Assembly: GCA_965277405.1 (NCBI GenBank)
Contig: OZ255726.1
Location: 1,152,001-1,216,000 of the forward strand
Direction of reading: 5' to 3'
Source of the DNA: Gammaproteobacteria bacterium
Lineage (GTDB): Bacteria > Pseudomonadota > Gammaproteobacteria > G965277405
DNA length: 64,000 nt
Each line of letters starts with the position of its first letter. The stretch's first letter is position 1. Position numbers and translations under genes: made by a program. The notes below the pieces were generated by a model. It was given only the letters and a program-made list of their open reading frames with translations. It searched no databases and was not told where the DNA came from. Of this stretch, positions 30,432 to 40,712 are shown one piece after another.

Positions 30432-30943
30432 TGCGCATCATGCGGCTGATTTGGTTACCACTGAGTATTATCGTATTGGTATTCGTGATTACTATTACGG
30501 TGCGTGTCGTAGAAAAACCAAAGCCAATTGCCTTACCTGCGGGTAAGCAAGTTTCATTTGTCCTAACCGATACCAGCCAATCACTCACCCAACTTGATTT
30601 TCAATCAGTATCTGCAATCACTTGGTTTGATGCATCATGTCTACCGAGTTGTACAACTATTACCCAAGTTGCAGCCCTCAAAATCCGCTACCCGCAACTC
30701 AAGGTTGTTTTGGTTGCACTTAGTCCAGTATCACAACAACAATATCTTGATTTTACTGTTATCAAACCACAGCGCAGACAAATTGAGCACCTAGCACGCC
30801 AACTGGGTAGCTGGGTGGAATTTATGCCAAAATTATTGTATAGCAAAAAGATTTTTATATTTTCTCAACAGCGGTTGCAATTAGTAGTAGATGCTCAACT
30901 TGACCCTAATCAAGTTAATCTTTCTCAGTATCGCACGCTGTAA
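30431..30943 (+). CDS. Divergent SCO/SenC-like membrane-anchored thioredoxin-fold protein
   Basis: N-terminal TM, FVLTD, CxxxC (SCLPSC), IEHLARQLG. Confidence 0.5.
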   Translation: MRIMRLIWLPLSIIVLVFVITITVRVVEKPKPIALPAGKQVSFVLTDTSQSLTQLDFQSVSAITWFDASCLPSCTTITQVAALKIRYPQLKVVLVALSPVSQQQYLDFTVIKPQRRQIEHLARQLGSWVEFMPKLLYSKKIFIFSQQRLQLVVDAQLDPNQVNLSQYRTL

Positions 30944-31964
30944 CAGCGTCAAATACGGCTGCAGCTACGGTTGCTGTGGCGATTGACTGCATACAATTGT
31001 GGTGTTGCAATGGGCAGCTGCGTTGGAAACAAGGAGAACACGGTTGCGGCTGATGGATAATCCGTGCCTGTGCATGCAATGGTGGCGTATGGGTTGGGTC
31101 AGTTGATCCAAACAATGCTACCACCTTAGCCCCAATCGCACAGGCCACATGCATCAGCCCTGAGTCATGACATACGAGCACTTCAACTGCGCTGATGACA
31201 TCGATTACTTCATCTAAGCTTGTTATGCCACACAGCGACACAACGTTGTCGTTCGTAAGCAATTGCTCCGCCAACGGTTGATCAGCATCACTGCCAACAA
31301 CAACAACGACATATACTGGAGCGAGCAGCGCAACCAATTGCTTATATTTCTCAATCGGCCATTGCTTGCTAGGTCCAAATGCTGCACCTGGAGCTATCGC
31401 AATACATTTAGCGGCTGCGTTTACACCATGTTGCTGGAGTAGCCGAATGCCTTTGTTCGGTACTGCGAACAATTTTGGTAGGGTGTCATTATCAACGTCT
31501 CCTGCAATACAACTAAGCAATTGGGTATACCGATGCACCATTTTTTTGATGCGCTTGGCTTTGCCTATTGGCCTGTTGTTTATTAACCCATACCGTGACT
31601 CTCCTAGCCAACCAATACGCCGCGGTATTTTTGCGAACCATGGAATGAGTGCGTGTTTCCAAGCATTTGGCAGTACAAAAGCATATTGATAGTTTCTACA
31701 AGTCAATCCGTCTGCTAGTGCAATTCGTTGCAAAAGTGCAAACGACTTACGTTGAATGGAATTGCGAATTACTTGATCGACTTCTGGCATACGCTGCACT
31801 ACAGCTGCAAGCTCGCGGTTGACAAAAACATCGATACGAACTTTTGGAAATGCCGTGGCAAACCCACGCAGCAGCGCATGTGCCATCACCAAGTCCCCCA
31901 GCCATTGCGGCGCAATAAAAAGCGCACGTTTTGGCGGTGTTACCAGTGAGTTATTTTGAAGCAA
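30915..31964 (-). CDS. waaF: Lipopolysaccharide heptosyltransferase II; start uncertain
   Basis: APQWLGDLVM, RMPEVD, LPNAWK.AL, GESRYGL, PGAAFGPSKQWP, DSGLMHVA, CSPC..R.CP..HH.CM. Confidence 0.93.
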   Translation of the reverse strand: MLQNNSLVTPPKRALFIAPQWLGDLVMAHALLRGFATAFPKVRIDVFVNRELAAVVQRMPEVDQVIRNSIQRKSFALLQRIALADGLTCRNYQYAFVLPNAWKHALIPWFAKIPRRIGWLGESRYGLINNRPIGKAKRIKKMVHRYTQLLSCIAGDVDNDTLPKLFAVPNKGIRLLQQHGVNAAAKCIAIAPGAAFGPSKQWPIEKYKQLVALLAPVYVVVVVGSDADQPLAEQLLTNDNVVSLCGITSLDEVIDVISAVEVLVCHDSGLMHVACAIGAKVVALFGSTDPTHTPPLHAQARIIHQPQPCSPCFQRSCPLQHHNCMQSIATATVAAAVFDAVTACDTEKD

Positions 31965-32535
31965 TGCGATATAACACCGTGGCACCGCGCCAACGCGGTA
32001 GCAACTTTATCGGCTGGTTGTTAGAATTCAGCACCATGGTATCTTTAATGACAATACCTAATGTTTCGTAGAGCTCATGAATATCGCGTAACGTACTATG
32101 GTGGAAGTTTGGCGTGTCATACCAGGCATATGGAATATTCTTGGCGACTGGCATTCTGGAGCGAAATGTTAAATAATACCGATTATACCAATGGCTGAAA
32201 TTGTGTACCGTGATGATTCCCTCTTTGCCAACACGGAGTATTTCTTGCAACACTGTATCTGGGCGATATAGCGCCTGGAGAGTGTGTTTAAGAATCACCA
32301 TGTCATAGCTGGCATCAGCGAAGTTATGAATACCTTGGTTTAAGTCCTGGTGAATGACATTCAGTCCCTTTTTTAAGCATTGGTTAATTTGCTCAACATC
32401 GTTATCCAGCCCATAGCCGTGTACTTGTTTGTTGGTCACCAGTCGCTGCAACAATGCGCCATCACCACAACCAAGGTCGAGCACGCGAGAGTGTTGGTTC
32501 ACCCACTTTTCAATAATTGCAAGTTCAGTATTCAC
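31951..32535 (-). CDS. metW: Methionine biosynthesis protein MetW
   Basis: RVLDLGCGDG, TLQA, RMPV..IPYAWYDTPN; adjacent to metX. Confidence 0.93.
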   Translation of the reverse strand: MNTELAIIEKWVNQHSRVLDLGCGDGALLQRLVTNKQVHGYGLDNDVEQINQCLKKGLNVIHQDLNQGIHNFADASYDMVILKHTLQALYRPDTVLQEILRVGKEGIITVHNFSHWYNRYYLTFRSRMPVAKNIPYAWYDTPNFHHSTLRDIHELYETLGIVIKDTMVLNSNNQPIKLLPRWRGATVLYRIASK

Positions 32536-33665
32536 GTTGATGCCCGAAGAAAGTATGAAACTGCTTGATGATATTGCGGAACATTCATCAAAAATGAGTC
32601 GTGACCATGCTCAGATTGGATACACAAATAACTGACATCTTTTTGCGCATGCAGCAATGCATCAACCATAATTTGTGACTGTTTGGGCGAGAACCGCCAA
32701 TCACTGGAAAACGCAATAATCAAATATTTACAGTGCACCCGTTGCATTGCAGCAACCAAGTCTGCTGCGTACGCTTGACTTGGGTCAAAATAATCAAGCG
32801 CACGCGTCATCAACAAATATGTATTTGCATCAAATTTCTCTGAAAACCGTTCGCCTTGATACTTTAAATAACTTTCAACTTCGAAGTCGATGGTGTTGTT
32901 GCCAATCTGGATCGGCAGGTCAAGGCTACGACGACTGCGCCCAAATTTTGCACGCAGACTGCTGTCAGAAACATAGGTGATATGCCCCAACATTCTGGCT
33001 AATGTCAATCCTTGTTTTGGGTATGTGCCATGTTCGATATACCTGCCATCGAAAAAATTAGGGTCACGTTGGATATTTTGCCGAGCGACTTCGTTAAACG
33101 CAATATTTTGCGTCGTCAAGTTTGCAGCTGCGGCAATGACCACAACTTTGGTGATGTCGTTAGGATAATCAATACTCCATTGCATCGCTTGCATGCCACC
33201 TAGGCTGCCACCAACAATTGCGGCCCATTTTTGAATGTGTAAATGTTCCATTAATAATTTTTGGCTACGCACCCAATCTGGGACTGTGACAATTGGGAAA
33301 TCTGCTCCGTACGCTCGACCAGATTGTGGGTCAATACTCGTTGGTCCTGTGCTGCCATGGCAGCCACCAAGATTATTTGAACTAACAACAAACATGGTTG
33401 TTGTATCAATCGGTTGGTGCGGGCCTATCATATTGTCCCACCAGCCCACTTTGTCGCCATCAATAGCATCAATCCCAGCAGCGTGATGGTGTCCTGACAA
33501 GGCATGACAAATTAATACTGCGTTATCACCAGTTGCGTTTAGCGTTCCATATGTCTCATAGACAAGCTCAAAACTTGGCAGCAAGCCACCTTGTTCCAAG
33601 TTGAAAGACTGATTATGCGCGAATCGTTGCGGTTGAACGACGCCTACTGATGCTGCTGCATTCAT
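32532..33665 (-). CDS. metX: Homoserine O-acyltransferase (MetX family)
   Basis: YETYG.LN, CHALSGHHH, GGSLGGMQ, FDANTY, SDWRF, HGHDSFL. Confidence 0.95.
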   Translation of the reverse strand: MNAAASVGVVQPQRFAHNQSFNLEQGGLLPSFELVYETYGTLNATGDNAVLICHALSGHHHAAGIDAIDGDKVGWWDNMIGPHQPIDTTTMFVVSSNNLGGCHGSTGPTSIDPQSGRAYGADFPIVTVPDWVRSQKLLMEHLHIQKWAAIVGGSLGGMQAMQWSIDYPNDITKVVVIAAAANLTTQNIAFNEVARQNIQRDPNFFDGRYIEHGTYPKQGLTLARMLGHITYVSDSSLRAKFGRSRRSLDLPIQIGNNTIDFEVESYLKYQGERFSEKFDANTYLLMTRALDYFDPSQAYAADLVAAMQRVHCKYLIIAFSSDWRFSPKQSQIMVDALLHAQKDVSYLCIQSEHGHDSFLMNVPQYHQAVSYFLRAST

Positions 33666-33808
33666 TGAATTTATATGGTTTTCGCTGAAAATTATTCAGT
33701 TGCTAGTGTATAGAATATCAGTTGTTTTGTGCATACCATCAGCTCAATCAGCTACGCAATTGTGGTAAGATTATTGATTATAAAACCTAATACCCACCAA
33801 AATCATCA

Positions 33809-33839
33809 GGACACTCTGATTAAGCCCATGATGGACGAG
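33809..33839 (+). repeat. Isolated degenerate left end of the MITE
   Basis: GGACACTCTGATTAAGCCCATGATGGACGAG vs GGAAGCTCTGATTAAGTCTATGATGGGCGAG. Confidence 0.65.
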
Positions 33840-33845
33840 GGGATT

Positions 33846-34406
33846 TCAATGGGAGACACCATCCTTGCGGATGACTTTGATAATCGTTAAGGCGATAATT
33901 TTAATATCAAACCAAAACGACTGGCGCTGCAGATACGCTTCGTCAAACATAACTTTGTGCTGGTCAGTAATATCTCTCCCATTAATTTGCGCCCAACCAG
34001 TCAAACCAGGTAATAAGCAATCAATCCCTAAGCGCTGGCGCGCAGCAATCAAATAGGTCTGTGATGGTAGCCCTGGTCTGGGGCCAACAAAGCTCATGTC
34101 TCCAATAAAAATACTCCAGAGTTGTGGTATTTCATCCAAGCTCGTGTTGCGCAGTAGTCTACCAATTTTGGTAAAATACACCTGCGGATCAGCAAAATCA
34201 TGTGTCGCGATATTTGGAGTATCAACAGCCATTGAGCGAAACTTCGCCATTCGAAAAATTTTGCTATCCTTGCCGACTCGCTTACTCCAAAATAATATTG
34301 GACCTGACGATGTTGCTTTAATACTCACGGCAATACAAATACTCAGTGGCAATGAAACGCATAGCCCGATAGCGGCTAATGTCCGGTCAAAAAAATATTT
34401 TGCCAT
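33846..34406 (-). CDS. Bacterial sugar transferase (small phosphoglycosyl transferase)
   Basis: KFRSM, GRLLRNTSLDEIPQL, GDMSFVGPRP, PGLTGWAQINGR. Confidence 0.93.
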   Translation of the reverse strand: MAKYFFDRTLAAIGLCVSLPLSICIAVSIKATSSGPILFWSKRVGKDSKIFRMAKFRSMAVDTPNIATHDFADPQVYFTKIGRLLRNTSLDEIPQLWSIFIGDMSFVGPRPGLPSQTYLIAARQRLGIDCLLPGLTGWAQINGRDITDQHKVMFDEAYLQRQSFWFDIKIIALTIIKVIRKDGVSH

Positions 34407-34442
34407 CAGTCCAGTTGCAACAGATATAACGAAGTTAATGTG

Positions 34443-34958
34443 TTATTGCAGGGATGACTGAATAGCTGCAATTGCTTGTTGCCTATCACCCCATTCGTCA
34501 ATTTTAACCCACTTTCCTATTTCTAAATCCTTATAGTTTTCAAAGAAATGCTGAATTTGCTGGCGCAATAATGCTGGCACATCCGTAATATTTTTAATAT
34601 TTGCATACATCGTTGTTAACGAATCATGTGGTACGCATATTAACTTCGCATCATTACCTCCTTCATCCGACATTTGCAACACACCAACAGGTCTGCTGCG
34701 AATCACACACCCTGGCAATAGCGGATACGGGGTGATAACCAAGGCATCGAGTGGGTCGCCATCATCTGCAAGTGTATGTGGAATATACCCATAATTCGCT
34801 GGATAGAACATTGGGGTTGCCATAAATCTATCCACTACAATAACATCTGCATCTTTGTCGACCTCATATTTAATTGGGTCATGACTTGCGGGTATTTCGA
34901 TGATTACATTAATATCTTCTGGCAAGTTCTCTCCAGTTTTAATTTGCGCATAGCCCAT
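34443..34958 (-). CDS. ppa: Inorganic pyrophosphatase
   Basis: [36 protein letters not shown]. Confidence 0.97.
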   Translation of the reverse strand: MGYAQIKTGENLPEDINVIIEIPASHDPIKYEVDKDADVIVVDRFMATPMFYPANYGYIPHTLADDGDPLDALVITPYPLLPGCVIRSRPVGVLQMSDEGGNDAKLICVPHDSLTTMYANIKNITDVPALLRQQIQHFFENYKDLEIGKWVKIDEWGDRQQAIAAIQSSLQ

Positions 34959-35141
34959 GTTTTTTTCCTTAATAAATAAAAAATTTAGCAACTAGTTGCC
35001 TGAGACATTTGTGTTTTTAAAACCACTATATATAGAACTTAAAAAATATAGAACATAAATTACAATTTGAATTACTAACACACATATCAATTCATCACCT
35101 TTTCAGTTACATTGGAGGCTATTTATCCAGCATATCACTAA

Positions 35142-35414
35142 GGAAGCTCTGATTAAGTCTATGATGGGCGAGACGGAGAAAAAACGCTGATGATAACTAG
35201 ACGCAGCACTTGATAATACTGGTGGTATTATCAAGTGCTGCAACGACGTTAGCGCAGCGTTTTTTCCCGTCCTTCTGTTGAATATACTTTGGGTTTGCGG
35301 CAATTGCTGTGCTTGCTGTGTTGCATACCTTGGCGTATATGCTACGGCATGCGCCTTGCAATCATCAGCAATTACCATCAAACTCGCTCCATCAGCGACT
35401 TAATCAGAGGTTCC
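35142..35414. mobile_element. Non-autonomous IS5-type MITE, copy with CTAA TSD
   Basis: TIRs GGAAGCTCTGATTAA / TTAATCAGAGGTTCC; CTAA on both sides. Confidence 0.9.
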
Positions 35415-35422
35415 CTAACAGC

Positions 35423-36079
35423 ATGGACAAATTTACTGTACATTCAGGAGTTATCGCGCCAATTGACAAAAGAAATATCGACACCGATCAGATTATTCCA
35501 AAACAGTTTCTGAAATCTATTAAACGCACGGGCTTTGGAGATTTTTTGTTTGATAATTGGCGGTTTACGGATGAAGGGAATTTGCACCTGCGACCAGAGC
35601 AGCGCCATAAAAACCCTGAATTTATCCTCAACAATCCTGCATATAGCAATGCAACTATATTGCTTGCAAAGGAAAATTTTGGCTGCGGCTCCAGCCGAGA
35701 ACACGCATTATGGGCGCTGGTTGACTATGGTTTTCGTGTTGTATTAGCGCCATCGTTTGCTGATATTTTTTATTCAAACAGCTTTAAAAATGGGCTGTTG
35801 CCAATTGTTATTTCTAACAAGATATGCGATCAACTCATGGACAGTAGTAGGCGCTGTGCGCAACATACGCTCTACGTTGACCTCCCCGAGCAAACATGTA
35901 TGTTTGAACAAAGCACCATTCAACAGCAACTTAAGTTTTCTTTCTCAATAGATCCTGCGCTCAAATATCGGCTGATACACGGTCTTGATGATATTGATGC
36001 TACGCTTGAACACAGCGCCAAAATACATGCGTATGAAGATCAACGACGTACGGTAACACCTTGGCTTTTTATTGAATAA
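35423..36079 (+). CDS. leuD: 3-isopropylmalate dehydratase small subunit
   Basis: [41 protein letters not shown]; the ORF extension to 35309 is MITE sequence. Confidence 0.96.
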   Translation: MDKFTVHSGVIAPIDKRNIDTDQIIPKQFLKSIKRTGFGDFLFDNWRFTDEGNLHLRPEQRHKNPEFILNNPAYSNATILLAKENFGCGSSREHALWALVDYGFRVVLAPSFADIFYSNSFKNGLLPIVISNKICDQLMDSSRRCAQHTLYVDLPEQTCMFEQSTIQQQLKFSFSIDPALKYRLIHGLDDIDATLEHSAKIHAYEDQRRTVTPWLFIE

Positions 36080-36084
36080 ATATC

Positions 36085-37161
36085 ATGGCACAACATACTA
36101 TCCTCTTACTGCCAGGCGATGGAATCGGTCCAGAAATTATTGCCCAGTCAAAACGAGTATTAGCGCATATTGCAACACAGTTTGCGCTTGATCTGCAAAT
36201 CAGCCAAGGGCTGATTGGCGGCTGCAGCATTGATATCCATGGGACGCCGCTTACAGACGCAACAGTGGCTGCTGCTCGCGCTGCAGATGCGGTATTGCTT
36301 GGCGCAGTAGGCGGTCCAAAATGGGATAATTTACCGATGAGCGCCAGGGCAGAAGCAGGATTGCTGAAAATTCGCAAAGAACTCGATTTATTTACCAATT
36401 TGCGCCCTGCTGTTGTTTTTTCTGCATTACTCGATGCATCAACACTCAAAGCAGATATTATTGAAGGCCTAGACATTATGATCGTGCGTGAATTGACGTC
36501 TGGTATTTATTTTGGTGAGCCAAAAGGAATATCAACGACGTCAGGTGAACGGTTTGCCTTTAATACAATGCGCTATAGCGAGAGCGAAATTGCTCGTGTT
36601 GTGCGAGTTGCCTGTAAGATTGCACAACAACGCCAATCGCGTCTCTGCTCTGTTGATAAAGCCAACGTCCTAGATGTGTCGCAACTCTGGCGCGAAGTTA
36701 CAAACGATATTGTCGCCAGTGAATTTCCTGATATTAAGCTATCACACATGTACGTGGATAACGCGGCGATGCAGCTAGTACGCGACCCAAAACAATTTGA
36801 CGTAATTGTCACCGGTAATCTTTTTGGTGATATTTTATCCGATTGTGCCGCAATGCTGACAGGTTCTATTGGCATGTTACCGTCCGCATCCATCAGTTGT
36901 GATACTGCGGCTGTATACGAGCCAGTCCATGGTAGTGCTCCTGATCTTGCGGGTAAAAATATTGCAAATCCGTGTGCAACATTCTTATCGATTGCAATGA
37001 TGATGCAATATAGTTTGGCTCGACCAGACATTGCTTTGGCAATCACCCAAGCCATTGCAACAACACTCAATCAAGGTTACCGCACCCGTGATTTGCATAG
37101 CGACGGAATTACAACTAAGGCAATGACCGATTATGTGCTAATGAATCTTACTTCACCATAA
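36085..37161 (+). CDS. leuB: 3-isopropylmalate dehydrogenase
   Basis: [42 protein letters not shown]. Confidence 0.97.
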   Translation: MAQHTILLLPGDGIGPEIIAQSKRVLAHIATQFALDLQISQGLIGGCSIDIHGTPLTDATVAAARAADAVLLGAVGGPKWDNLPMSARAEAGLLKIRKELDLFTNLRPAVVFSALLDASTLKADIIEGLDIMIVRELTSGIYFGEPKGISTTSGERFAFNTMRYSESEIARVVRVACKIAQQRQSRLCSVDKANVLDVSQLWREVTNDIVASEFPDIKLSHMYVDNAAMQLVRDPKQFDVIVTGNLFGDILSDCAAMLTGSIGMLPSASISCDTAAVYEPVHGSAPDLAGKNIANPCATFLSIAMMMQYSLARPDIALAITQAIATTLNQGYRTRDLHSDGITTKAMTDYVLMNLTSP

Positions 37162-37176
37162 ACTTTCGAATTTAGC

Positions 37177-38220
37177 ATGAGTAAAAATCAAAAGCGTTTT
37201 CCTGTTGCAATTGTCGGCGCTACTGGCGCAGTTGGTAAGGCATTACTCGACGTGATTGCTGAGCTCCGCTTTCCATATAGTGACTTATATTTATTGGCAA
37301 GTGCAAGATCCGCGGGTAAGACCATCGTGTATGCTGGAACAACGTACACGATACAAGACGTCGAACAATTTAACTTTTCTCAATGTGCTATTGCTTTTTT
37401 TTCTGCAGGTGCGGCTGTTTCTGCTGTACACGCGCCGCGTGCCGCGCAAGCAGGGTGTATTGTTGTTGACAACACTTCACACTTTCGCCGTGATGATGAC
37501 ATTCCTCTCATTGTTCCAGAGGTAAATATTCATATGCTTGATCAGGTTCTTAATTACAATATTATTGCCAATCCTAACTGCTCAACTATTCAAATGGTTA
37601 CAGCACTCAAGCCCATCCATGATGTTGCAACACTTAAGAGAATCAATGTTGCCACGTATCAGGCCGTGTCTGGCTCAGGCTATCAAGCTATTGATGAATT
37701 AAATGCTCAATTACATAAATACAGCGCAGGAGGAAAACTCGGGCTAGATGATGCCAAAGTGTATCCGCAACCAATTGCACTCAACGCAATACCACATATT
37801 GATGTGTTTCTAGAGAATGGTTATACCAAAGAAGAAATGAAAATGGTCTGGGAAACCCAGAAAATTTTTGACTCAACTGATATTAAAGTTAACCCGACCT
37901 GCGTGCGCATTCCTGTTGTGTATGGCCATAGCGAGGCTATACATATTGAAACAGTAAATCATGTTTCAGTTACGCAAGTGCGCGACTTACTGAGCAATGC
38001 TCCTGGAGTTAAAGTTGTCGATGACCCTGCAAATAACCAATATCCGACAGCGCTGATACACAGTGCAGGGAATAATGACGTGTGGATTGGTCGAATCCGT
38101 GAGGATATTAGTTGCCAAAATGGACTTTGCTTATGGGTGGTTTCTGATAACATCCGCAAAGGGGCAGCGGCAAACAGTGTTCAAATAGGACAAGCGCTAA
38201 ACGCAGCAGGTTTCATTTAG
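37177..38220 (+). CDS. asd: Aspartate-semialdehyde dehydrogenase
   Basis: GATGAVG, IIANPNCST, TYQAVSG, CVRIPV..GH, DNIRKGAA. Confidence 0.96.
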   Translation: MSKNQKRFPVAIVGATGAVGKALLDVIAELRFPYSDLYLLASARSAGKTIVYAGTTYTIQDVEQFNFSQCAIAFFSAGAAVSAVHAPRAAQAGCIVVDNTSHFRRDDDIPLIVPEVNIHMLDQVLNYNIIANPNCSTIQMVTALKPIHDVATLKRINVATYQAVSGSGYQAIDELNAQLHKYSAGGKLGLDDAKVYPQPIALNAIPHIDVFLENGYTKEEMKMVWETQKIFDSTDIKVNPTCVRIPVVYGHSEAIHIETVNHVSVTQVRDLLSNAPGVKVVDDPANNQYPTALIHSAGNNDVWIGRIREDISCQNGLCLWVVSDNIRKGAAANSVQIGQALNAAGFI

Positions 38221-38262
38221 TTCACCTAGAGTAAACTGGTTATTGAACAGTAAAATATAATT

Positions 38263-39606
38263 ATGCGTAAACATTACCTCAAGCTATTCATTGCAGCGTT
38301 TGCGCTCGTTTCATTCAGTGCTCAAGCAAAAAATGATTTAGGAGGGATTTATCTTGTTGCAACCGACCCGTTTTTTGCTGAAATTCCAGTTTGTAACATT
38401 GACAGCGCTATTACTGACTTTCAAGCAAAAATATCTGAAAGAGAATCTTCGGCACCGAATGAATTTATTGAGGCAACGGATGTAATTTTTGAATCGTTTG
38501 TCCCTGGTGAAGGATTGATAACAATCTCATCATCTGCAGCACTGCCCAAAGGAGCGTCACTGGCAATATCGCTCGAAGCAGCAAACACTTCTCCAATTAC
38601 TCACATTTATTCAGATTATTCCAAGCAAGCCCCACAATCATATTCTTGTGCAAAATTGCTACCAACTGCTGCAGATACTATCCCTGTACTCGCTAAAACT
38701 CGCAAAGTACTTCCTACCGCATTAAACCCGACCCCAACCAAAGCAACACCGCAATTTATTGATGTAGTACGTGGGGATTCATGGAGAAACCTTGCAGAAA
38801 TGATCAATATTGCATTTTATGATGGTCGGTTTTCTGATGAGCAAGTAATGGTCGCCCTCAGAAAAAAAATCTACGAAAACAACCCTACAAGCGCAGGATT
38901 TTTACAAAACAAAGATTTTATACCACTGCGCGTCCCAGTTCCATCTATAGATGAAATAGCTGCAATTAGTAGTTTTGAAGCAATCAGCTATGCACAATTA
39001 TTAGATTCAAAACCATACGTCAACAGCCACGATCGAGAAAATCTACAATCTTCTTTTCTATTGCCAACAGCTGAAAGTGGCGTATTACTGTATCGTGATG
39101 ATAAAGGAAACTTATTCCGGCAGCAAATGCCGAATCAAAAACCACAATCTTTCACAATTGTGAAAAACACCAAAAAAGCCAAATCCAGAACTGAATTAAA
39201 GACAGTTAAGAAAAAACTTGGCGCTGCGAATAAAACTATCACTTCGCTGCGGAGTAGAATAAATTTGCTTGATAAAAAAATAATCGTGCTCAATCAGCAA
39301 GCGGAAGAAAACATTGTTAAAATCACCAAGCTACAAGAGATATTGCAAATTTCTCGCGCCGACCTAAGCAAGGTCCAGGCAAAAGTGGATGAGCTAGAAG
39401 CTACAAATGATGAATTATTAAATCGTGGATTGTTTGACTATATTGTTAAAGAAGCAGCTGATGCGGGTTTTTTCGTGTTGTTTATTATAGTAATTCTGTT
39501 AGCAACATTGCTGTATTTAAGATCTCTTTCTAATAAAATAATTGGAAGACTTCCAGAAAGAATTATTGGTTCTTATTATAATAACGTTTCCAAAAAAAAA
39601 AAATAA
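38263..39606 (+). CDS. FimV/HubP-like protein, N-terminal part (signal peptide, LysM-like region, coiled coil, TM)
   Basis: Follows asd; VVRGDSW..LA...EQVMVAL...NP LysM-like region, coiled coil, TM; ends at an A12 run. Confidence 0.65.
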   Translation: MRKHYLKLFIAAFALVSFSAQAKNDLGGIYLVATDPFFAEIPVCNIDSAITDFQAKISERESSAPNEFIEATDVIFESFVPGEGLITISSSAALPKGASLAISLEAANTSPITHIYSDYSKQAPQSYSCAKLLPTAADTIPVLAKTRKVLPTALNPTPTKATPQFIDVVRGDSWRNLAEMINIAFYDGRFSDEQVMVALRKKIYENNPTSAGFLQNKDFIPLRVPVPSIDEIAAISSFEAISYAQLLDSKPYVNSHDRENLQSSFLLPTAESGVLLYRDDKGNLFRQQMPNQKPQSFTIVKNTKKAKSRTELKTVKKKLGAANKTITSLRSRINLLDKKIIVLNQQAEENIVKITKLQEILQISRADLSKVQAKVDELEATNDELLNRGLFDYIVKEAADAGFFVLFIIVILLATLLYLRSLSNKIIGRLPERIIGSYYNNVSKKKK

Positions 39607-39611
39607 AACCT

Positions 39612-40070
39612 ATGGTGCGTAGGCAAAATGCTGCGCCCACTATAAATCCTCAAGCAAAGCAATCCTCTCCAGTTGTTGCCGCCACACCACCACCTGTGAT
39701 ATTACCAGAAAATCCAACCATCAGTGTGCGGTCGCCACGACCAATCCCAACAGTTCAAAATCAACAACCTGCAGCAAAAAGACCGCAATTACCAATTGTC
39801 GCTCCTGCTGAAACAACGCATCCTCTAGACTCAGACACCAACGCAGCAGCGTATGGGGACAAAACTGATGAAATCCCGAGTACGGATACAGATATGGAGT
39901 ATTTTGACAATGACCAGATAGAATCAGATTTAGACGTTGCCCGCGCCTATATAAGCATGGGCGATATTACTGAAGCTCGAGAAATACTTGATGATATAAT
40001 TAACAGCGCCAACAATAAACAGCATAAAAAAACAGCGCAAGAATTGCTCAACCAAATACAAGGCAAGTAA
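39612..40070 (+). CDS. FimV C-terminal part (separate frame)
   Basis: DLDVARAYISMGDITEAREILDDII...AQELL is the FimV C-terminal domain. Confidence 0.8.
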   Translation: MVRRQNAAPTINPQAKQSSPVVAATPPPVILPENPTISVRSPRPIPTVQNQQPAAKRPQLPIVAPAETTHPLDSDTNAAAYGDKTDEIPSTDTDMEYFDNDQIESDLDVARAYISMGDITEAREILDDIINSANNKQHKKTAQELLNQIQGK

Positions 40071-40092
40071 ATTACTATCAGAGGTTCCCTAT

Positions 40093-40371
40093 GGAAGCTC
40101 TGATTTATTCCATGATAGGCGAGACGGAGAAAAAACGCTGATGATAACTAGACGAAGTGCGCAGATAATACTGGTGGTATTATCAAGTGCTGCAACGACG
40201 TTAGCGCAGCGTTTTTTCCCGTCTTTCTGTTGAATATATGATGGTTTGCCTACAAGCGGTACTTGCTGTGTTGCATCCCTTGGCGTATATGCTACGGCAT
40301 ACGCTTAGCGCCTTGCAATCATCAGCAATTGCAGGCAAACTCGCTCCATCAGCGAGTTAATCAGAGCTTCC
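40093..40371. mobile_element. MITE copy with CTAT TSD, preceded by an orphan right-TIR scar (40077-40088)
   Basis: GGAAGCTCTGATTTA ... TTAATCAGAGCTTCC; CTAT on both sides. Confidence 0.9.
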
Positions 40372-40712
40372 CTATGGAATGTAGTTATTCGCCCGCTGCA
40401 TAAACATAGCTTATGTCTACCAATGCAGACATGAGCTGCGGGCTAGCTTATTTTGTCAGTTTAGATTAGGGCCGCATTCTGTTCTATCTAAATCGTTTTA
40501 TCCTGATGTTTTCGTCAATATTGTAATCGACTCTCGATTTGTCTAGCTCATGTTGTGGATTCGACACATTGTCTTACAGCTGCTGTGCTTAACTGCAGTT
40601 AATACTACTCACTTAAACTGTTGTATGAAGCCGTTTACAAATGCTATTGCGCTGTGGTGATTATATAACTTGATTTATCCATGTATCATATTGTATCGAG
40701 AAATATCTCTAT

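Noticed and set aside
35103-35513. Short ORFs overlapping MITE copies (also 12426-12632, 43520-43757, 48549-48955) and the 38 aa N-terminal extension of leuD
   Set aside because: They are translations of the repeat, with frames differing among copies
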